Source: Nonlabens sp. (GTDB taxonomy: Bacteria > Bacteroidota > Bacteroidia > Flavobacteriales > Flavobacteriaceae). Taken from it: DNA of 64,000 nt. Both the position numbers and the translations under genes were made by a program. Position 1 is the stretch's first letter. The number at the start of each line of letters is the position of its first letter. Below, piece after piece: positions 29,384-38,262 of this stretch. The DNA lies in assembly GCF_965660805.1 (NCBI RefSeq), contig NZ_CBFIBE010000003.1:37030-101029 (forward strand), written 5' to 3'. The notes beneath the pieces are model-generated. The model did no database searches, was not told where the DNA came from, and saw only the letters and a list, made by a program, of their open reading frames with translations.

Positions 29384-30825
29384 TGATCAAACAATCGGGA
29401 TGGAATATAGGTGTTACTGTACTGGGTTTCATATTTGGTGCAGTTAATACGGTTTTACTAGGGCCTACTTTCCTGGGCGATGACTATTTTGGGTTAATGG
29501 GCTATGTGCTTTCGGCAGCGTTTTTATTCTTTCCTTTAATGAGTTTTGGGATTAATAACACGCTGGTTAAGTTTTACTCTAAGTATGATGATAAAAATGA
29601 ACGTGATGCCTTTTTAACACAAATGTTATTGTGGCCACTTATCATTATTATTCCGGCTTTTTTAATCATTTATGCTTTTTATGACCCCATTAGATTGTAC
29701 ATAGCAAATACGAATGAGATTACGAGAGACTTTGTGTGGCACATAGCAATCATCGCTGTTTTTCAAGCTTATTTTGAGATTTTTTATGCATGGACTAAGG
29801 TTCACATGAAAACCGTAGGAGGAAACTTTTTAAAAGAGGTATTCTACAGAGCAAGTTCTACAGTTATGTTGCTCCTGGTCATGATAGAAGTGATAACACC
29901 TGTTCAGTTTATACACAGTCTAGTTATTATTTATGCACTGCGTGTTTTTATCATGAAAATAGTAGCACTTAAAACTTATACACCGCGATGGCAACTGGGA
30001 AAAATAAAGGCAAGTGGTGACCTACTTCATTATTCTTTTTTAATGATCCTTGCCGGATCAGTAGGCACAGCATTGCTAGATCTTGATAAATTTATGATTA
30101 ACGATCTTATGATCATAGATAATATAGCATGGTATAATGTAGGTGTTTTTATAGCCACAGTTATAGCTGTTCCTGCACGCGGAATGGCTCAAATCATGCA
30201 TCCCTTAACAGCAGGGCATTTTAATAGAGGTGAAATGGTAGAGGTAGAGCGACTGTATAAACGCAGCTCACTCAATTTAAGTATTATAGCTGGTTTTTTA
30301 GTCTTGATCATCGTTTGTAATGTAAATGAGTTTTATGAACTCATGCGTCCAGAATATCGAGTAGGTGTTCCAGTGGTTATACTCATAGCTGTTGTAAAAT
30401 ATTCAGAAAGTCTTCTGGGTAGTAATAATGCTATTTTATATAATTCTGACTTGTATCGGGTAACACTCTGGTTAGGATTATTGCTCGCTGTTGTAGCGAT
30501 CCTTCTTAATATGTGGCTCATTCCTATATATGGTTTAATGGGCGCGGCTATTTCTACTTGTGTGGCTTATGTGATGTACGCTTTCGCGAAAGCGTACTAT
30601 GTGTATCATAAATTAAAAATCCATCCATGGACTTCACAAACGACACTGTCGGTAGGTTTAATTCTGATTTTTATAGTGGTGTTTTATTTTTGGGATTTTA
30701 ACTGGCATCCAGTAGTTAACATAGCGCTTAAAAGCTTGATTCTCTCGCTTACTTATTTATATGTGGTAAGAAATCTAAGGCTCTCAAAAGAGATCAACAC
30801 TTTGCTTAAAAAGTATCTCCCATAA
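29374..30825 (+). CDS. Polysaccharide/oligosaccharide flippase, Wzx/MOP family
   Basis: About 12-14 TM helices, DKFMI, IP.YG.MGAA.ST. Confidence 0.85.
   Translation: MGIVIKQSGWNIGVTVLGFIFGAVNTVLLGPTFLGDDYFGLMGYVLSAAFLFFPLMSFGINNTLVKFYSKYDDKNERDAFLTQMLLWPLIIIIPAFLIIYAFYDPIRLYIANTNEITRDFVWHIAIIAVFQAYFEIFYAWTKVHMKTVGGNFLKEVFYRASSTVMLLLVMIEVITPVQFIHSLVIIYALRVFIMKIVALKTYTPRWQLGKIKASGDLLHYSFLMILAGSVGTALLDLDKFMINDLMIIDNIAWYNVGVFIATVIAVPARGMAQIMHPLTAGHFNRGEMVEVERLYKRSSLNLSIIAGFLVLIIVCNVNEFYELMRPEYRVGVPVVILIAVVKYSESLLGSNNAILYNSDLYRVTLWLGLLLAVVAILLNMWLIPIYGLMGAAISTCVAYVMYAFAKAYYVYHKLKIHPWTSQTTLSVGLILIFIVVFYFWDFNWHPVVNIALKSLILSLTYLYVVRNLRLSKEINTLLKKYLP
30579..30594. repeat. 16-bp palindrome copy 9, perfect, extends to 22 bp, in the flippase, read as AFAKA
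   Basis: GTA-CGCTTTCGCGAAAGCG-TAC; ...VMY-AFAKA-YYV... Confidence 0.97.
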
Positions 30826-30856
30826 AAAAGCCGACTCAGTTAAGAATCGGCTTTTT
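30825..30856. terminator. Bidirectional terminator
   Basis: AAAAAGCCGACTC...GAATCGGCTTTTT between convergent genes. Confidence 0.7.
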
Positions 30857-30880
30857 AGGGCTATTTCAATGTAATCTAAA

Positions 30881-32044
30881 TTACCTTCTTTTTGCACTTC
30901 TTGAAGATTTGGAGCGCTTAATACTTACAGAAGTATTACGACTCTTAGAGCTCGTACTTATGGCTCTACTATTACTACGGCTTCTAGAAGGTGCTGTAGT
31001 AGCAGTTGACCTTCTACTTGTTCTAGAATTACTTACTGCTGGTGCAGTCCTTCTCGTGTTTGCGCGGTTTGAAATCGCTGGAGTAATATTTCTGTTACTA
31101 CTAGATGTCGTAGCGCTGTTATTTCTATTTCTAGAAGTTCTAGTGTTACTCACCGCACGAGGAGCTCTTGTTGTTCTTTGAGTAGCGACCGTATTTCTCC
31201 TTGTTGAACGAGAATTTACATTATTATCACTACGTCTACTAGTCGTTACACGACTATCATTTCTAGATAACGTTCTATGACCTGTTGCGATGGCATTACG
31301 GTCTCTTCTTGCTGCTCTAGTTGCGATAGCGCGTCCATTGCTATCTCTACGACCTCTTTCAAAACTGCGGTAGTTTACTCGATCTGATGGTCTATAGAAA
31401 TTACGTCTCACATTTGCTCTTAAGAATCTACCATTATAATAGTTAGGTCTGTTCCAGTGAACTCTGTGGTAATCCCACCCAAAACGGAATGGATTGTAAT
31501 TCAATCTATATGGATTGTTCCATACTATGCAGTGGTTTGCTAATGGAACTCCATAGAATCTATGCCATGGCTGGTAAACATAATATCTATTAAAGCTATT
31601 AATAAATCCAGTGGTTCTGAATATTACTCCAGGTCTATTGTAGAAAACATTTAAGTTTCCTATTCTGTTTACATATCCATTACGGTAGTTTATGAAAATA
31701 TTTCCAGCTTGTATAATACGACCATAACCGTCATAAAATATAGGAGTGTTTTCTATTTGAATTACAGCACCATAAGAATCATACTGAACAAAAGGGTCAT
31801 AATTAAATCCTGTATTAAAGGATACATTTACATTAGAATTATGGAATCCTGCACTAAATTGTGGTCCAGCGTTTAAAAAGTTAAAGTCAAACTGTCCGTC
31901 TGGAAAGATCGCAAACTCGATTCCGCCCTCTGTGAAGATGAAATTATTATTGTTTCCTCTAAAACGGTCCTCTTCAGTAACGTTTGCATAGCTCATCCCG
32001 ATTCCCATCAGGAAAACTAAAAGTAGGGTAGGTAGCTTTTTCAT
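30881..32044 (-). CDS. Secreted hypothetical protein with a long Arg/Ser/Thr/Asn-rich basic tail
   Basis: Signal peptide ending SYA, YD.YG repeats, low-complexity last ~150 aa. Confidence 0.8.
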   Translation of the reverse strand: MKKLPTLLLVFLMGIGMSYANVTEEDRFRGNNNNFIFTEGGIEFAIFPDGQFDFNFLNAGPQFSAGFHNSNVNVSFNTGFNYDPFVQYDSYGAVIQIENTPIFYDGYGRIIQAGNIFINYRNGYVNRIGNLNVFYNRPGVIFRTTGFINSFNRYYVYQPWHRFYGVPLANHCIVWNNPYRLNYNPFRFGWDYHRVHWNRPNYYNGRFLRANVRRNFYRPSDRVNYRSFERGRRDSNGRAIATRAARRDRNAIATGHRTLSRNDSRVTTSRRSDNNVNSRSTRRNTVATQRTTRAPRAVSNTRTSRNRNNSATTSSSNRNITPAISNRANTRRTAPAVSNSRTSRRSTATTAPSRSRSNSRAISTSSKSRNTSVSIKRSKSSRSAKRR

Positions 32045-32165
32045 AATTACTAAATTTAATGAGATGACTTCATTGTCATTCTCATAATATTAGTAACAAC
32101 CAGCGTGCCAAAGTGTGAAAAGGTTTGTATAAGGATTTAAAGGTGTTGATTATCAATGGAATAAA

Positions 32166-32191
32166 AAAAGCCGCTATTTCTAGTGGCTTTT
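32166..32191 (-). terminator. Terminator after the LytTR regulator
   Basis: AAAAGCCGCTA-tttc-TAGTGGCTTTT with an A-run on the plus strand. Confidence 0.7.
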
Positions 32192-32214
32192 CTATATATA
32201 TTATGTGTTAGCAT

Positions 32215-32919
32215 TTAGGATTGCGATAATGCCTCTACTAAGTCTGTTTTTCTATTTCTACTTAATGGAAGTACTTCTGAATTTAGCTCCACAGTTTTGG
32301 AATTGAATTTTTCTATTTTGTGTAAGTTGACGATATAAGATTTGTGAATACGTAAAAAGTCTGACTTAGGTAGTTCTTGCTCAAAACTCTTCATAGTAGA
32401 AAGTACGACAAAACTATCTTCTTCAGTGATAAGTTTTACATAATCACCTAGGGCTTGAATATATTTTAATTCTTTTAAGTAAACTTTACGTTTTTTGAGA
32501 TTACTCTTTACAAAAATGAACTCACCACGATCTTCAGTTAATTCTGTACGTAGTTTGTGAGCCTGTAAAGCACGTTTAATTGCAGTCAAAAAGCGCTCCT
32601 TATTAATAGGTTTTTGGAGGTAATCAATTGCTCCGTACTCAAATGCTTTAAAAGCGTATGTAGTTTGGGCAGCAACAAATATAACTCCTGGATCTGCTGA
32701 AATATCATCTAAAAGGTCAAAACCAGTCAATATGGGCATTTCTACATCTAGAAAGATTAAATCTACTTCTTGATCCTTAATTGCTGCTTTAGTTTCTATT
32801 GCATTGCTGAACTCACCTAATAGATTCAAGTTAGGATGATTCTCGATCATCTTAACAATAGCAAGTCGTTGAATACTTGAGTCATCTACAACGTAGCAAT
32901 TTAAAACAGTCTTATTCAT
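32215..32919 (-). CDS. LytR/AlgR family response regulator (REC plus LytTR)
   Basis: VVDD, FLDVEMP, YLQKP, FLRIHKSYIVN. Confidence 0.93.
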   Translation of the reverse strand: MNKTVLNCYVVDDSSIQRLAIVKMIENHPNLNLLGEFSNAIETKAAIKDQEVDLIFLDVEMPILTGFDLLDDISADPGVIFVAAQTTYAFKAFEYGAIDYLQKPINKERFLTAIKRALQAHKLRTELTEDRGEFIFVKSNLKKRKVYLKELKYIQALGDYVKLITEEDSFVVLSTMKSFEQELPKSDFLRIHKSYIVNLHKIEKFNSKTVELNSEVLPLSRNRKTDLVEALSQS

Positions 32920-33093
32920 CGTTTAAGAGTTATTTTTACGTGACAATGTTAGATTATTATCTGTTGTAATGCAAATAAATCTGTTGTTTAAACGATATTT
33001 TATTGTTTTTAGTCGAATGATTACTAAAGGTTAATTTATGTAAATATTTTTTTTAGTGCCTATATAAGTATTGCAGGAACTAAAGAAAAGGAC

Positions 33094-33101
33094 TATTTTT
33101 G
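33094..33101 (+). promoter_or_regulatory. -7 promoter box of rpsF-rpsR-rplI
   Basis: TATTTTTG 22 nt upstream of the rpsF ATG. Confidence 0.7.
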
Positions 33102-33123
33102 CAAACGTTTTAAACAATATATT

Positions 33124-33468
33124 ATGAATCAATACGAAACTGTTTTCATTTTGAATCCCGTTTTATCTGATGATCAGGTAAAGGAAGCAGTAAAGAAGTT
33201 TGAAGATTTCCTTACTGGCCGTGGTGCAAAAATGGTAGCCAAAGAAGATTGGGGCTTGAAAAAACTAGCCTACACAATCGAAAACAAAAAAAGTGGTTTT
33301 TATACCCTTTTTCAATTTGAAGTTCCTGGTGAGGTAATTAACGACTTTGAAGTAGAATTCCGTCGTGATGAACGTGTAATGCGTTACCTTACTGTAAAGC
33401 TTGATAAATATGCTATCGAGTGGGCAGAGAAGAGAAGAAAAAAATTGTCTAACAAAGCTAAAGCGTAA
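33124..33468 (+). CDS. rpsF: 30S ribosomal protein S6
   Basis: YETVFILNP, WGLKKLAY, RRDERVMRYL. Confidence 0.98.
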   Translation: MNQYETVFILNPVLSDDQVKEAVKKFEDFLTGRGAKMVAKEDWGLKKLAYTIENKKSGFYTLFQFEVPGEVINDFEVEFRRDERVMRYLTVKLDKYAIEWAEKRRKKLSNKAKA

Positions 33469-33471
33469 CAC

Positions 33472-33768
33472 ATGGCATCTTTACAACAACAAGCTAAAGG
33501 AAAAAAAGATGGTGACATCCGTTACTTATCTCCTTTAAAAATTGAAACTCAACAAAGAAAAAAGTACTGCCGTTTTAAACGTAGTGGTATTAAATATATA
33601 GACTATAAAGATCCTGATTTTTTAATGGGCTTTGTAAACGAGCAAGGTAAATTGTTACCACGTCGTCTTACAGGAACATCATTAAAGTATCAACGTAAAG
33701 TGGCTGTCGCTGTAAAAAGAGGACGTCACATCGCTATCATGCCTTACGTAGGTGATTTATTAAAATAA
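33472..33768 (+). CDS. rpsR: 30S ribosomal protein S18
   Basis: [26 protein letters not shown]. Confidence 0.98.
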   Translation: MASLQQQAKGKKDGDIRYLSPLKIETQQRKKYCRFKRSGIKYIDYKDPDFLMGFVNEQGKLLPRRLTGTSLKYQRKVAVAVKRGRHIAIMPYVGDLLK

Positions 33769-33783
33769 AACCAGACTAACGAT

Positions 33784-34236
33784 ATGGAACTTATATTAAA
33801 GAAAGACGTAGAACACTTAGGTTTTACTGATGACATAGTAACTGTTAAGCCTGGATATGGTCGTAATTTCTTAATTCCTAATGGTGCTGCTATAATGGCT
33901 ACTCCAGGTGCTAAGAAAGATCTAGCAGAAACGATTAAGCAACGTGCTCACAAAGAGGCAAATAACATTAAACTTGCTCAAGAGCAAGCTGATAAGTTAA
34001 ATGGTCTAGAAGTTAAAATCGCTGCCAAAACTGGTGATGGTGATAAACTTTTTGGGTCTATAACTACTCAAGATGTTGCAGATGCTCTTGCTAAGCAAGG
34101 TGTTGAACTAGAAAAGAAATTTATTTCTGTTGCTGGTGGTAACATTAAGCGTTTAGGTCAGTATGAGGCAACGTTACGTTTCCACAGAGAGGTGACAACT
34201 GCACTTAACTTTGACGTAGTTGCTGCAAAGAACTAA
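33784..34236 (+). CDS. rplI: 50S ribosomal protein L9
   Basis: VKPGYGRNFLIP.G.A, KLFGSIT. Confidence 0.98.
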   Translation: MELILKKDVEHLGFTDDIVTVKPGYGRNFLIPNGAAIMATPGAKKDLAETIKQRAHKEANNIKLAQEQADKLNGLEVKIAAKTGDGDKLFGSITTQDVADALAKQGVELEKKFISVAGGNIKRLGQYEATLRFHREVTTALNFDVVAAKN

Positions 34237-34260
34237 GCAATTCAAATAAGAATACTAACT

Positions 34261-34290
34261 AAGCCGTTCCTTTACTGGAACGGCTTTTTT
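34261..34290 (+). terminator. Terminator of rpsF-rpsR-rplI
   Basis: AAGCCGTTCC-tttact-GGAACGGCTT followed by a T-run. Confidence 0.85.
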
Positions 34291-34300
34291 ACATTAGATT

Positions 34301-34795
34301 ATGAAGTATAGAAGATTAACAAAAGAACAACTAGAAGAATTACATCCAGAATTCATCAACTTTCTAGCTACTCAAACTATTACTGCCGCAGAGTGGGAAG
34401 ATATAAAAGCTAGCAAGCCAGAAGTTGCTGAGCAGGAACTCGATGTTTTCTCTGATTTAGTATGGGAAGGTGTGTTAACTCAAGCAGCATATCTAGAGCA
34501 CATTTCTCCACAAACCATGAACCTTTTTCACCTCGAAGAGGAACAAATGAACCTTATATCGGTAATGATAGGTGATGAGCTAATCGATATAACCACTAAG
34601 GAAGGTTATGCCTGGTTACAAAAGAATTTAATGGATGATACTGTAAAATTATTTACAGCTACTAAGAAATATAGTGATGACCCTAACGGCGATAAATTTA
34701 AGCTTATAGAACAAGGTGCTGTGATCACAAAAGGTAATCTGTATAATTATTTTGAAGACTTAATGGAGCTAGGAAAAGAGAAAAACGGTTTTTAA
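34301..34795 (+). CDS. DUF6495-like conserved hypothetical protein
   Basis: MKYRRLTKEQLEELHPEFINFLA, LDVFSDLVWE. Confidence 0.8.
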   Translation: MKYRRLTKEQLEELHPEFINFLATQTITAAEWEDIKASKPEVAEQELDVFSDLVWEGVLTQAAYLEHISPQTMNLFHLEEEQMNLISVMIGDELIDITTKEGYAWLQKNLMDDTVKLFTATKKYSDDPNGDKFKLIEQGAVITKGNLYNYFEDLMELGKEKNGF

Positions 34796-34819
34796 AATAG
34801 CTCATATTAATTTTTATGT

Positions 34820-34850
34820 AAAGCTCCTTCATTTTGTTGGAGCTTTTTTT
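34820..34850 (+). terminator. Intrinsic terminator
   Basis: AAAGCTCC...GGAGCTTT followed by a T-run. Confidence 0.7.
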
Positions 34851-34956
34851 TATTGCTAATCTGCCAGTATAATGAGTTGAATCAAATAATAATTTGAGGC
34901 AATAACTCCATGTTTTGTACGAGCTATAGATGTGAAATTTATTTCATTTTTACTTG

Positions 34957-35094
34957 TTATACCCATTTGGGTTTATAATGTCGTTAAAATAATTTGAATT
35001 ATTCTTTGCATAGCTGTAGCCAAGGAAATAATTTTAAGTGAAAGGTAAGTAGAAAAGAAACTATTTATTAAGACTTAAAGTCAATTTGGTATTA
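34957..35094. mobile_element. Inverted-repeat-bounded mini-element, copy B (138 bp), putative MITE
   Basis: Left end TTATACCCATTTG; right end TTATTAAGACTT-aaag-TCAATTTGGTATTA shared with copies A and C. Confidence 0.55.
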
Positions 35095-35121
35095 CTGCAC
35101 GAAACTCTTTTTTCATTGTTC

Positions 35122-35137
35122 AGCTTTCGCGAAATCG
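35122..35137. repeat. 16-bp palindrome copy 10, two mismatches, intergenic
   Basis: AGCTTTCGCGAAATCG. Confidence 0.8.
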
Positions 35138-35288
35138 TGATATAACTAACTATTTAATAATACGGATCTCCTAGTAACGCTAGGATAAACTGTGTAAGAT
35201 TAATGGTGATTTGTACTGATTGCGATACCGGCATTCCAGTAAACATGATTGATTTTTACAACCATATTATTCATAACAAAGGGCTATG

Positions 35289-36530
35289 TTACTCATAGCG
35301 CAGTGCCTCGATAGGATCTAATTTTGCAGCCTTAATTGCGGGAATAACACCAGAGAATATGGCGATGATGATGGAAATGATGGTGGCTAGAATAACGGGC
35401 ATCCACGGCATGCTAAATTCTACTTCAAGAACATTTGACACTATATAGCCTATTAAAAGACCTAAAAGAATACCTAGAATACTACCATACTGACTGATGA
35501 GTACTGTTTCTATAAAGAATTGCCATGATATGGTGGAACGTTTTGCGCCTAGTGCTTTTCGCACGCCTATTTCGCGAGTACGTTCTGTAACAGAAACAAG
35601 CATGATATTCATAAGTGCTATGGAGCTACCAAAAATGGTGATACCACTTATTATAAAAGCTGCTATATATAGTATTCCTTTAATTTCATTTGCGGTGCCT
35701 AAAAGTTGATCACTTTGAATAAGACCAAAATTATCACTTTCTACAGGACTTAGACCTCTTATGTTTCTAAATAATACGGTTGCTCGATCTTTTGCACCGT
35801 CCATAAACTGTTCATCTTTTACCTTAACGCTTAAATCATAATTGATATAAGGACTTGTGTAAATACTGCGTGCAACATCTATAGGGATAAGAACTCTTAA
35901 ATCTATGTTATTACCAAAGGTTGAGCCTTTTTCTTCTAGTAAACCTATCACCGTAAATTTACTGCCTCTTATGCTTAACGTTTGACCTATAGGGTTGAGG
36001 CCTTGAAATAACTCATCTTCCATATCACTACCTATGATACATACACGAGCATTATTCTTAATATCAAAACTAGAAAAACCTCTACCTTCACCTATGTTTA
36101 AACCTGCATTTTCTGTATAATTTGCATTTACACCTGCTATGATAACCTTAGGTTTAGTCTTGCGATCTTCACTTTTAACTTCTGCCTGTGACGTAGCTTG
36201 AAATGAAACACCTACTTGCGTGAAAGGAAAATCCCATTGCTCTTCAAACTCCTTCACCTCGCGATAACTTATTACAGGATTAACTTTATTACGCTCGCCA
36301 CCACCACGGCGTTTCATGGTAAAAGCATAACGCTGTATGTTAAAGGTATTTGCGCCTATTCCAGAAAGCCCACCACCTATGGTGCCTTCAAGTGCTTTTA
36401 CAGAACTTAAAATACCTACTAGAGCAGTGATTCCTATTGCGATAATCACTACGGTGAGAGCGGTTCTTAAGAACTGACCTTTAATGCTCTGTTGAGCGAT
36501 ATTAATGTTTTGACTTAGTAAACCTGCCAT
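35289..36530 (-). CDS. ABC transporter permease, MacB/FtsX family
   Basis: RTALT..IIAIGI, NIMLVSVTERTREIGVRKALGA, PA.KAAKLDPIEALRYE. Confidence 0.93.
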   Translation of the reverse strand: MAGLLSQNINIAQQSIKGQFLRTALTVVIIAIGITALVGILSSVKALEGTIGGGLSGIGANTFNIQRYAFTMKRRGGGERNKVNPVISYREVKEFEEQWDFPFTQVGVSFQATSQAEVKSEDRKTKPKVIIAGVNANYTENAGLNIGEGRGFSSFDIKNNARVCIIGSDMEDELFQGLNPIGQTLSIRGSKFTVIGLLEEKGSTFGNNIDLRVLIPIDVARSIYTSPYINYDLSVKVKDEQFMDGAKDRATVLFRNIRGLSPVESDNFGLIQSDQLLGTANEIKGILYIAAFIISGITIFGSSIALMNIMLVSVTERTREIGVRKALGAKRSTISWQFFIETVLISQYGSILGILLGLLIGYIVSNVLEVEFSMPWMPVILATIISIIIAIFSGVIPAIKAAKLDPIEALRYE

Positions 36531-36630
36531 GTAGTATAAGACTAAAAATAGATTACAATGTTACAAGTTCTAGTAAGTTTTTCCAGTTACTTTAATTTTT
36601 AATTATGAAGCATAGCCTTAATGATGTCAT

Positions 36631-36638
36631 TATATTTG
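36631..36638 (+). promoter_or_regulatory. -7 promoter box of hisS
   Basis: TATATTTG; places the start at ATG 36656. Confidence 0.7.
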
Positions 36639-36655
36639 CAGTAATAAACAAAGTT

Positions 36656-38026
36656 ATGGCACAAAAACCTTCTATACCTAAAGGAACTAGAGATTTCAGT
36701 CCTGTTGAAGTACAGCGACGTCAGTTTATAATGAATACTATCAAGCATCATTTTGAGCACTATGGTTTCATGCCTATAGAAACACCTAGCTTTGAAAACA
36801 GCGATACCTTATTAGGAAAATATGGAGAAGAAGGCGACCGATTAATTTTTAAGATATTGAATAATGGTCAGTACTTAAAAAAAGTAAATGAGACAGACTT
36901 AGGTGCTAAAAATGAGTCTAAAGTATCTCCTCAAATCAGTAAAAGAGCCTTGCGTTATGACTTAACAGTACCATTTGCTCGTTATGTAGTACAACACCAG
37001 AATGATATTACTTTCCCTTTTAAGCGTTATCAGATTCAGCCGGTATGGAGAGCAGACCGACCGCAGCATGGACGTTTTCAAGAATTCTATCAGTGCGATG
37101 CAGATGTGGTGGGAAGTGATTCCCTATTACAAGAAGTAGAGCTGGTAAAGTTATATGATGCTGTTTTTACAGATTTAAAATTAGAAAATTGTACTATAAA
37201 AATTAATAATAGAAAGATTCTTGCTGGTATAGCTCAAATGATAGGAGCACAAGATCAGCTTATAGACTTTACGGTAGCACTTGATAAACTGGATAAAATA
37301 GGAGTCGATAAGGTAAAGGAAGAAATGATCCTAAAAGGAATCAGTCCTATTGCTATAGAAAAACTCAATCCTGTTTTTAGTCTTCAAGGCGACTTTACTG
37401 AAAAACTAGAGGTTATGAAAGACTTACTTTCTGATTCTGAAATAGGGCAGAAGGGAATCCAGGAGTTAACCTTTATTAATAATGCTATCAAGAAACTAGG
37501 CTTAAAGAGCGCTTTATTAGACTTAGATATCACACTTGCTCGTGGCTTAAATTATTACACAGGATGTATTTTTGAGGTTGCAGCACCAGCAGGAGTAAAG
37601 ATGGGAAGTATAGGTGGCGGTGGTCGTTATGATGACCTGACCAGCATGTTTGGTTTAAAAGCTGTAAGTGGAGTAGGAATCAGTTTTGGACTTGATCGCA
37701 TTTATCTTGTCATTGAAGAATTAGGTTTGTTTCCAGATTCTGTAAGAGCAGGAGTAGATGTGCTGTTTGTTAATTTTGGTGATAAAGAGAGTGAATATGC
37801 GATGGATTTGGTATTTCGCTTTCGCGAAAGCGGAATAAAATCTGAACTCTACCCAGAACAGGTAAAGACTCAAAAGCAAATGAAATATGCAGACCGAAAT
37901 GAAATACCTTATGTTATTTTAATAGGTGAGGATGAAATGAAACTCGGGTCTATTTTACTTAAAAATATGGTGAGTGGTGAACAAGAACTGCTTAAACCAG
38001 AAGAAGTAATTACACGATTAAAATAA
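36656..38026 (+). CDS. hisS: Histidine--tRNA ligase
   Basis: PKGTRDF, LRYDLTVPFAR, GRFQEFYQCDAD, ARGLNYYTG, GGGRYD. Confidence 0.98.
   Translation: MAQKPSIPKGTRDFSPVEVQRRQFIMNTIKHHFEHYGFMPIETPSFENSDTLLGKYGEEGDRLIFKILNNGQYLKKVNETDLGAKNESKVSPQISKRALRYDLTVPFARYVVQHQNDITFPFKRYQIQPVWRADRPQHGRFQEFYQCDADVVGSDSLLQEVELVKLYDAVFTDLKLENCTIKINNRKILAGIAQMIGAQDQLIDFTVALDKLDKIGVDKVKEEMILKGISPIAIEKLNPVFSLQGDFTEKLEVMKDLLSDSEIGQKGIQELTFINNAIKKLGLKSALLDLDITLARGLNYYTGCIFEVAAPAGVKMGSIGGGGRYDDLTSMFGLKAVSGVGISFGLDRIYLVIEELGLFPDSVRAGVDVLFVNFGDKESEYAMDLVFRFRESGIKSELYPEQVKTQKQMKYADRNEIPYVILIGEDEMKLGSILLKNMVSGEQELLKPEEVITRLK
37817..37832. repeat. 16-bp palindrome copy 11, perfect, in hisS, read as RFRES
   Basis: ...MDLVF-RFRES-GIKSELYP... 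in the anticodon-binding domain. Confidence 0.97.
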
Positions 38027-38262
38027 GTAGATTCTATTTATAGAGTAGCAATTTCACTGATTTCCATTTTTAATATTTTTGGACGTTCACTTCTTTTAGA
38101 AGTTTTATGAATTTGCATATTAGTGCGATACATCATTGTATATTTTTTTTAGAATTATTTTAATACGTCTAGTGAATGTTATAGTTTGACAGGTTTTTGT
38201 GCAAGCGAAATATTTAATAATCCTTAACTAAAAGCTATATTTACCTCATAGAAAGATAAAAG

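Noticed and set aside
32644-32658. TGCTTTAAAAGCGTA, arm-like match
   Set aside because: Lacks the CGCG centre and spacing; encodes the usual YA.KAF of LytTR receivers.
33099-33112. TTGCAAACGTTTTA as a LacI/cre-like operator
   Set aside because: Imperfect, and overlaps the -7 box whose TTTGCA ending produces the resemblance.
35567-35582. CTATTTCGCGAGTACG, 11/16 match
   Set aside because: Dictated by the conserved ERTREIG permease motif.
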